NCBI GenBank assembly: GCA_027320085.1
Contig: DAHVLZ010000005.1
Span: 1-64,000 of the forward strand
Origin: Pseudomonadota bacterium
GTDB lineage: Bacteria; Pseudomonadota; Gammaproteobacteria; JAKAQQ01
Length of the DNA: 64,000 bases
Reading direction: 5' to 3'
The notes beneath the pieces are model-generated. The model worked only from the letters and a program-made list of their open reading frames with translations, did no database searches and was not told where the DNA came from. Below are positions 57,774 through 64,000 of this stretch, piece after piece. The position numbers and the translations under genes are program-made. Each line of letters starts with the position of its first letter. Positions within the stretch are counted from its first letter, which is position 1.

Positions 57774-58568
57774 TCAGAGCTGGCAGTGCTGGAGATTCCA
57801 GCGAACCTCACGCCGGAAGGGCTCCGGTCGTTCGCAGGGATCGGGTTGCGTGAGGAAACGGACGAACAGCCGGTGGCGGCTGGCGCTGACTTCGGGAAAG
57901 CAGGGCAGTGCCGCGGGCAGGCCGATCCGGATCAGGCTCACCGAACTGAGCGCGCCCAGGTCTTCCTCGAACCCCCCTACGGGGGACTCTTGCGGTGTGA
58001 AGGGGGCGCTTTCCCGGAGGAGTTTGAGATAGAAACGGACGGCATCCGCGATCGGTTCGAGTTCCATGTACCAACCGGCCAGGAGCTCCTGCCGTCTTTG
58101 TGCTTCCGTCTGGATCCAGTGGGCATAGGCGGGCACTTCGAAGGGAGCGGCGCCGCCCGGAACCGCAGAGCGGCTTTTCACGAGATTGAGCAGTTCGCAA
58201 CGACGCAGGCTCTCGCCCATCCGGGTCTCGTTTTCGAGCAGTCGCCGGCTTTTTTGGGAAAACTCGCCCAAGAGGCGTTCGAGACGGGCCGCATCGACCA
58301 GAGGCCGCGTCCGGAGCGGATTCCAGGCCTGCTGGACGCGTTCGAACTCACGCAGGATCTCCTTGCGGACGTCTCCCCGGAGCAGGAGATTCTCGATCTG
58401 GAGCAGGTTGTCCAGGCGGGCATGATCCATCGCCACCCCGGGGGTTCCGCTCTCCTCCTGGCCGAGGATGAACAGCCACTCCAGGCGCAGGAACAGCCGG
58501 ATCCTTTCGTTCAGCGGATGCTCGAAGACGCAAGCCCCGCCGGGGGCGGGGTCAGCCGGCTGGGACAT
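57774..58568 (-). CDS. zapD: Cell division protein ZapD
   Basis: FEHPLNERIRLFLRLE, RSAVPGG, FPEVSASRHR; synteny coaE-zapD-yacG. Confidence 0.9.
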   Translation of the reverse strand: MSQPADPAPGGACVFEHPLNERIRLFLRLEWLFILGQEESGTPGVAMDHARLDNLLQIENLLLRGDVRKEILREFERVQQAWNPLRTRPLVDAARLERLLGEFSQKSRRLLENETRMGESLRRCELLNLVKSRSAVPGGAAPFEVPAYAHWIQTEAQRRQELLAGWYMELEPIADAVRFYLKLLRESAPFTPQESPVGGFEEDLGALSSVSLIRIGLPAALPCFPEVSASRHRLFVRFLTQPDPCERPEPFRREVRWNLQHCQL

Positions 58569-59202
58569 CGGGGGATTCCAGGGGCCGGTTCCGGGCGCGT
58601 TGGGTATAGTCACCCACAAGCTTCCGTGCGGATTCAGCGAGCTCACCGAGCCCGGATTCGTTGACCACGAGGTCGTCGGCCCGCCTCAGTCGCGTCTTTC
58701 TTGACGATTGAAGTGCGAGAAGCCGTTCGGCCTCGGCCTGCTCCATCTGGTCACGGACCATGAGCCTCCCGATCTGGAGGTGTTCACAGCAGTCGACGAC
58801 GAGCACCCGGTCGAGCGTCAGGGAGGCTGGAGGCGTTCCGATTTCGGTGAGCAGCGGGATCACACAGAGCACCCAGTCGGCCTCCGGGTAGGAGGCCATC
58901 TCGGATTCGAGCCGCGCCCAGATCAGGGGATGGAGGAGGGATTCCACGCGGTGGCGGAGGCCGGGATCGTCCGTCATCGCGAACCGCAGCTGTCGCCGGT
59001 CGAGCCGGCCGTCCGCATCGAAAAACCCCCGATCCAGGTTTTCCCGGAGACGACGGTCGCCGGGCTCATTCGGAAGCGTGAGCTCGCGGGAGATCCTGTC
59101 GCTGTCCACGACCGGAATCTGGTGTCCGGCCATGAGGGCGGCCAGTGTGGTTTTCCCGCTGGCGATCCCCCCGGTCAGGGCTACGGTCCAGGGCCGCCTC
59201 AT
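58552..59202 (-). CDS. coaE: Dephospho-CoA kinase
   Basis: ALTGGIASGKT, LDRRQLR, LLHPLI, IPLLTE, RADDLVVN. Confidence 0.93.
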   Translation of the reverse strand: MRRPWTVALTGGIASGKTTLAALMAGHQIPVVDSDRISRELTLPNEPGDRRLRENLDRGFFDADGRLDRRQLRFAMTDDPGLRHRVESLLHPLIWARLESEMASYPEADWVLCVIPLLTEIGTPPASLTLDRVLVVDCCEHLQIGRLMVRDQMEQAEAERLLALQSSRKTRLRRADDLVVNESGLGELAESARKLVGDYTQRARNRPLESPDVPAG

Positions 59203-60065
59203 GCCGGGTGGATCAGGTGGAGCCAGAACTTGAGGAGGAATCCTCCGTAGGCCAGGCTGACCAGTCCGGCACCGGCCAGGAAAGGGCCGAAGGGCATGGG
59301 TTGGCCGCGCCGGTGGTGCCCGGTCAGGATCAGGAGGATGCCGGTCAGGGCACCGATCACGGAGGCCAGCAGGATCACGACGATGAGGCTTTCCGCACCC
59401 AGCCAGGCGCCGAGCAGGGACAGGAGCTTGAAGTCGCCGTAACCCAGGCCCTCCTTTCCGGTGAGGAGCCGGAAGCTCTGGTAGACCACCCACAGGAAGA
59501 CGTAGCCCAGGATGGCGCCCCAGAGCGCCGATCTCAGGGGGACGAACAGCCCCCCGCTGTTCAGGGCCAGTCCGAGCCAGATCCCCGGCAGGGTGATGGC
59601 ATCCGGGAGGATCTGGTGGTCGAGATCGATGAGCGCGAGGGTGATGAGCATCCAGAAGAGCAGCATGGCGCCGATGGCCTGGAGCGGAGCGGCGAAACCC
59701 AGGGCGCAGAGGACGGTGCCTGCCCCCGAGGCGAGTTCGACCAGAGGATAACGGAGGCTGATCCGGGCCTTGCATTCATGGCAGCGACCGCCCAGAAGAA
59801 TCCAGCTCACGACCGGGATGTTGGCCCACGGCGGGATCGGCCGCCCGCACACCGGGCAATGGGACCCCGGCCGGGCCAGATTGTAGGGCGGGGCCGTCTC
59901 CGGAGGGAGGGTTCCCGAAGCCTCGGCGCATTCCCGGTGCCACCGCCGTTCCAGCATGCGGGGCAGGCGATGGATCACGACGTTGAGAAAGCTGCCCACC
60001 ACGAGGCCCACGAGGCCCGCCGAGACGAGGTACCACACCCGGAGCGCGCTCTCTCCGGACATCAC
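59199..60065 (-). CDS. pilD: Prepilin peptidase/N-methyltransferase
   Basis: GSFLNVVIHRLP, SHCPVC, GRCHEC, IDLDHQILPD, GYGDFKL, PFGPFL. Confidence 0.95.
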   Translation of the reverse strand: MMSGESALRVWYLVSAGLVGLVVGSFLNVVIHRLPRMLERRWHRECAEASGTLPPETAPPYNLARPGSHCPVCGRPIPPWANIPVVSWILLGGRCHECKARISLRYPLVELASGAGTVLCALGFAAPLQAIGAMLLFWMLITLALIDLDHQILPDAITLPGIWLGLALNSGGLFVPLRSALWGAILGYVFLWVVYQSFRLLTGKEGLGYGDFKLLSLLGAWLGAESLIVVILLASVIGALTGILLILTGHHRRGQPMPFGPFLAGAGLVSLAYGGFLLKFWLHLIHPA

Positions 60066-60111
60066 GGGACGAGGGGGGATCGGGCGGGAGACCGGTGCAT
60101 GAGGAGCGGGT

Positions 60112-61329
60112 TCAGACGACGGAGCCCAGCTTGAAGATCGGCAGGTACATGGCCACCACGAGTGAGCCCACGATGATCCCCAGAACCACGATGATGATGG
60201 GTTCGATGAGCGTGCTCAGGGATTCGACGGCGTTGTCGACCTCGGCCTCGTAGATGACCGCCACCTTGTTCGCCATCTCCTGGATCTTGCCGGACTGTTC
60301 CCCGATGGCGATCATCTGGATGACCGCGTTGGGAAAGAGATCGGTCTGCTTCATCGATTCGTTGAGCGCGCGCCCCGTGGCCACCTGGTCGTGGATCATC
60401 CGGATGCCGTTCTCGTAGACCCGGTTTCCGCTCGTGCCGGCGATGGTGTCCAGGGCCTCGACCATCGGGACCCCGGCACCGTACATGGTGGCCAGCGAGC
60501 GGCAAAACCGGGCGATGATGGCCTTCTGCAGGATGCCGCCCATGACGGGAATGCGGAGCAGCGTCCGGTCCACCCACAGGCGGAAATCATCCGACCGCCG
60601 GTAGAGGGCCATGATTCCCGCCACGATCCCGCCGATCACGAGGAGATAGACCGGCGCATAGGTGCGCACGCTCTCGGACAGGTCGATCACCATGCGGGTG
60701 TAGGCGGGCAGGGAGGCGCCAAAACCGTTGAAGAGCTTCTGGAACTCGGGAATCACGAAGACCAGCATCACGGTCATCACGAGGATGGCCACGGCGATCA
60801 CCGAGGCCGGGTAGATCATGGCCTTCTTGATCTTGGCCTTGATGTATTCCATCTTTTCCTTGTAGGTCGCGATGCTGTCGAGCAGCTGCTCCAGCTTGCC
60901 GGAGCCCTCGCCGGCGGCCACCAGGTTGACAAACAGGTAGTCGAAGTACTTGGGATGCTGTTCCATGGCCTTGGCCAGGGAAACCCCGCTCGTCACCTGG
61001 TTCTGGATCGCCTCGACCATGCGCCGCATGCGGGGGTTGTCGTCGCTCGTCGAGATGATGCCGAGCGCCTGGACCATCGGCACGCCGGCGCCCGTGAGTG
61101 TGGCCAGCTGGCGGGTGAAGTTGGCGATGTCCCGCGGCCGGATCCGCCGCCCGCGGTGTTTGATGGTCCGCTCCCGCCGGATACGGGTCACGGTGATGCC
61201 CTGGTTGCGGAGCTGGCTGCGCAGCAGGGCTTCCGCCGATGAGGTGTCGCGACCGCGGACGGACCGGCCCTGCCGGTCGCGGCCCTCCCAGCGGAATCTC
61301 ACGGGCTGGATGCTTGGTTTGGTCGCCAT
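60112..61329 (-). CDS. pilC: Type IV pilus platform protein
   Basis: FTRQLATL, AGEGSGKL, KKAMIYP, IGEQSG, AMYLPIFKLG. Confidence 0.95.
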   Translation of the reverse strand: MATKPSIQPVRFRWEGRDRQGRSVRGRDTSSAEALLRSQLRNQGITVTRIRRERTIKHRGRRIRPRDIANFTRQLATLTGAGVPMVQALGIISTSDDNPRMRRMVEAIQNQVTSGVSLAKAMEQHPKYFDYLFVNLVAAGEGSGKLEQLLDSIATYKEKMEYIKAKIKKAMIYPASVIAVAILVMTVMLVFVIPEFQKLFNGFGASLPAYTRMVIDLSESVRTYAPVYLLVIGGIVAGIMALYRRSDDFRLWVDRTLLRIPVMGGILQKAIIARFCRSLATMYGAGVPMVEALDTIAGTSGNRVYENGIRMIHDQVATGRALNESMKQTDLFPNAVIQMIAIGEQSGKIQEMANKVAVIYEAEVDNAVESLSTLIEPIIIVVLGIIVGSLVVAMYLPIFKLGSVV

Positions 61330-61336
61330 CGGTCGC

Positions 61337-63097
61337 CTAAGTGCTGATCACCCGGTCGATTTCCTCGAGGGTGGTGATGCCCTGGATCACTTTCTCGAGT
61401 CCGGACCGCCGGAGATCCCAGATGCCTTCCTTGCGCGCCTGGGCCGCCAGGGCGATGGCATTGGCCCCCTCCATCATGAGGGCGGACATGTCCTCGGAGA
61501 TCGGGAAGACCTGGTAGACACCGGTCCGGCCACGGTAGCCCAGCTGGCAGTCCTCGCAGCCGGCCGGGTTGGCGTGGTAGAGCTTCTGCACCCGGGTCGC
61601 CACATCCTCCGGCAGATGCGCCTCCTCCAGCATGGCCGGGGTCGGCGCATACGGTTTCCGGCAATGCTCGCACAGGCGGCGGGCCAGACGTTGCGAAATG
61701 ATGAGGCAGATGGAACTCGCGACCGAGTAGGCGGGAACCCCCATGTCGAGGAGCCGGGTCAGGGTCTGCGGGGCGTCATTGGTATGCAGCGTGGACAGGA
61801 CGAGATGCCCGGTCTGGGCCGCCTTGACGGCAATTTCGGCCGTTTCCTGGTCGCGGATCTCGCCCACCAGGATCACATCCGGATCCTGGCGCAGGAAGGC
61901 GCGCAGGGCCTCGGCAAAGCCGAAATGCAGACGCGGCTGGACGTTGACCTGGTTGATCCCGACCAGCTGGATTTCCACGGGATCCTCGGCGGTGCTGATG
62001 TTGCGCTCGATCGTGTTGAGCTGGTTGATGCCCGCATACATGGTCACGGTCTTGCCGCTGCCGGTCGGTCCCGTCACCAGGATCATCCCCTGGGTCCGGG
62101 CCAGGGCACGGAGGTAAGCCTGCTCCTGGTGGGGTTCGAAGCCCAGGGCTTTGATGCCGACCTGGGCCATGCCGGGATCGAGGACCCGCATCACGATCTT
62201 CTCGCCATGCACGGTGGGGATGCTGCTCACGCGGAAGTCGAGGGCCCGGTTGGCGCTCACGTGGATCCGGACCTTGCCGTCCTGGGGCATGCGACGCTCG
62301 TCCGTCCGGAGCTGTGCGCGAACCTTGAGGCAGGCCACGATCCGGTCCTTCGACTGGATGGGGGGATGGTTGTAATCGGTCAGGATCCCGTCGATCCGGA
62401 GCCGGACCCGGTAGAAGGTCTCGTACGGCTCGAAATGGATGTCGGAGGCGCCTTTCTGGATGGCATGGAGCAGGGTTTTCTTGACGAAGCGGACGATCGG
62501 TTCCTCATCCGTGACTTCCTGTCCCACATCGAAGTTCGGGGTCGCCAGCTCCGCGTTCGAATCGAAGTCCACATCGTCCAGGAAGTTGCCCTCATCGGGC
62601 GAGAGATTGGATCCGAAGGAACCGGCATCGGCATAGGCCCGCTCGAGTGCCTTGATGAGCTTGTCGTGTTCAACGAGAACCGGAACCACCTCGAGGCTCG
62701 TCCGGAAACGGATCTCGTCGATCCCGCGGTGGTGGGTGAGATCGGAGACCGCGACGTACAGGCGCTTTCCGCGCCGGAAGAAGGGGAGGGAGAAGGTCGC
62801 GCGGATGACGCGTTCCTCGCCCAGCTGGAGGCACTCGGGATCGACCACGAGGGCGGAGGCGTCCAGAAGCGGCGTGTCGAAATGCTGGGACAGGGCGAGC
62901 GCCAGCTCGGCGGGAGGAACCTTGACCGTCTCCACGAGGCTCGCGATGAGCGTCATGCGTCGACGCCGTCCGTCCCCCTCGACCTGCCGGGCCTGGGTCT
63001 CGGTCAGAAGACTGCGCGCAATCAGGAACTGCAGGAACGGACCCAGGCCGGATTCGTTCGGGTGGGGTGTGGATTGCGGTGCGGTTTGAGTGACCAT
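61337..63097 (-). CDS. pilB: Type IV pilus assembly ATPase
   Basis: ASDIHFEP, TGPTGSGKT, TAEDPVE, LRQDPD, TGHLVLSTLH. Confidence 0.95.
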   Translation of the reverse strand: MVTQTAPQSTPHPNESGLGPFLQFLIARSLLTETQARQVEGDGRRRRMTLIASLVETVKVPPAELALALSQHFDTPLLDASALVVDPECLQLGEERVIRATFSLPFFRRGKRLYVAVSDLTHHRGIDEIRFRTSLEVVPVLVEHDKLIKALERAYADAGSFGSNLSPDEGNFLDDVDFDSNAELATPNFDVGQEVTDEEPIVRFVKKTLLHAIQKGASDIHFEPYETFYRVRLRIDGILTDYNHPPIQSKDRIVACLKVRAQLRTDERRMPQDGKVRIHVSANRALDFRVSSIPTVHGEKIVMRVLDPGMAQVGIKALGFEPHQEQAYLRALARTQGMILVTGPTGSGKTVTMYAGINQLNTIERNISTAEDPVEIQLVGINQVNVQPRLHFGFAEALRAFLRQDPDVILVGEIRDQETAEIAVKAAQTGHLVLSTLHTNDAPQTLTRLLDMGVPAYSVASSICLIISQRLARRLCEHCRKPYAPTPAMLEEAHLPEDVATRVQKLYHANPAGCEDCQLGYRGRTGVYQVFPISEDMSALMMEGANAIALAAQARKEGIWDLRRSGLEKVIQGITTLEEIDRVIST

Positions 63098-63239
63098 GAC
63101 CCCCCATTTCGGCCGGTCCGCGTCGGTTGAGCCCGGCCCTTTCAGCCCGGGATCATAGCACGCCTCGACCGGGGGGCGGGCGGACCACGTGCGGCCCGTA
63201 TTTCCCCTATCATGCGGGGAACTCCACACGGAGTCTGCC

Positions 63240-64000
63240 GTGGGCGGATCGTCGAACTTCCGGCTGAGCATCATTCTGCCGGCCCGCAATGAAGCCCCGG
63301 TGCTGGCGGAACTCCTGCCCCGCATCCGGACGCTCCATCCCGCAGCCGAGCTCCTCGTCGTGGACGACGGATCGACGGACTCGACCGCGGCCGTGGCGGC
63401 CGATGCGGGGGCCCGGGTGATCCGGCATCCGCATTCGCTCGGCAACGGGGCCGCCGTCAAGTCCGGTGCCCGCGCGGCCACGGGCAGCCACCTGGTCTTT
63501 TTGGATGCCGATGGACAGCACCCGCCCGAGGACATCTCCCGTCTCCTCGAATCCCTGGAGGAGGGTTATGCGATGGCCGTGGGCGCGCGTGACGCCGGGT
63601 CCCAGCAGAACGGATTGCGGGCGGTGGCCAACCTCGTCTACAACTGGCTCGCGAGCAGGATGGTCGGCCAGAGGGTCCGGGACCTCACCTCCGGTTTCCG
63701 GGCCGTCCACGCCGAGACCTTTAGGCGCTTCCTGTACCTCCTGCCGAACGGTTTTTCCTATCCCACGACCATCACGATGGCCTTCTTCAGGGCCGGCTAC
63801 CCGGTGGACTACGTGCCCTTCCATGCCCCGTCCCGCAAGGCCAACCGGAGCCATCTGCGCCCGTTCCGCGACGGGGCCAAGTTCTTCCTGATCATTTTCC
63901 GGATCGGTGTGCTCTACTCCCCGCTCAAGCTCTTCCTGCCCGTGAGTGCCATCCTGTTTCTCCTGGGCTGTGCCCGTTATACCGACACCTACCTCACCTC
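63240..64000 (+). CDS. Glycosyltransferase family 2 (runs off the window)
   Basis: Hand translation from GTG 63240: LSIILPARNEA, VVDDGSTD, GNGAAVKSG, FLDADGQH, DLTSGFRA. Confidence 0.88.
   Translation, partial: MGGSSNFRLSIILPARNEAPVLAELLPRIRTLHPAAELLVVDDGSTDSTAAVAADAGARVIRHPHSLGNGAAVKSGARAATGSHLVFLDADGQHPPEDISRLLESLEEGYAMAVGARDAGSQQNGLRAVANLVYNWLASRMVGQRVRDLTSGFRAVHAETFRRFLYLLPNGFSYPTTITMAFFRAGYPVDYVPFHAPSRKANRSHLRPFRDGAKFFLIIFRIGVLYSPLKLFLPVSAILFLLGCARYTDTYLT

Overview
GC-rich gammaproteobacterial-type chromosome segment. The core backbone is thiE-thiD, rubredoxin, a CNNM/HlyC protein, a DUF1499-TVP38 and TIGR04283-desaturase-TIGR04282 cluster, rnpB, the dcw cluster (mraZ to ftsZ, no murB), lpxC, dciA, an M23 peptidase, secA, a MutT-ThiE-like fusion, yacG-zapD-coaE-pilD-pilC-pilB and a GT2 gene. 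It is interrupted by at least six accessory inserts (about 6.45-12.5, 14.7-15.5, 16.0-19.4, 37.1-39.0, 41.4-43.6 and 47.4-57.5 kb). These carry toxin-antitoxin/defence modules (four AbiE-type pairs, RelBE, FitAB/VapBC, DUF6516-HTH, MNT-HEPN, a DprA/ShosTA remnant and a HipA fragment) plus IS30, IS630 and ArdC debris. No intact integrase or transposase is visible. The most notable pattern is that several inserts sit just downstream of a core gene and are closed on the far side by a decayed direct copy of that gene's 3' portion. This is clear for rnpB, the MutT-like gene and yacG, and tentative for ftsZ and the M23 gene. Also notable are a tRNA-shaped element with an elongated anticodon arm right after an intact AbiEii-family toxin, and repeated breakage of toxins while their antitoxins stay intact. 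Family assignments come from motif recognition by eye; no database searches were run, and identity counts are hand counts.
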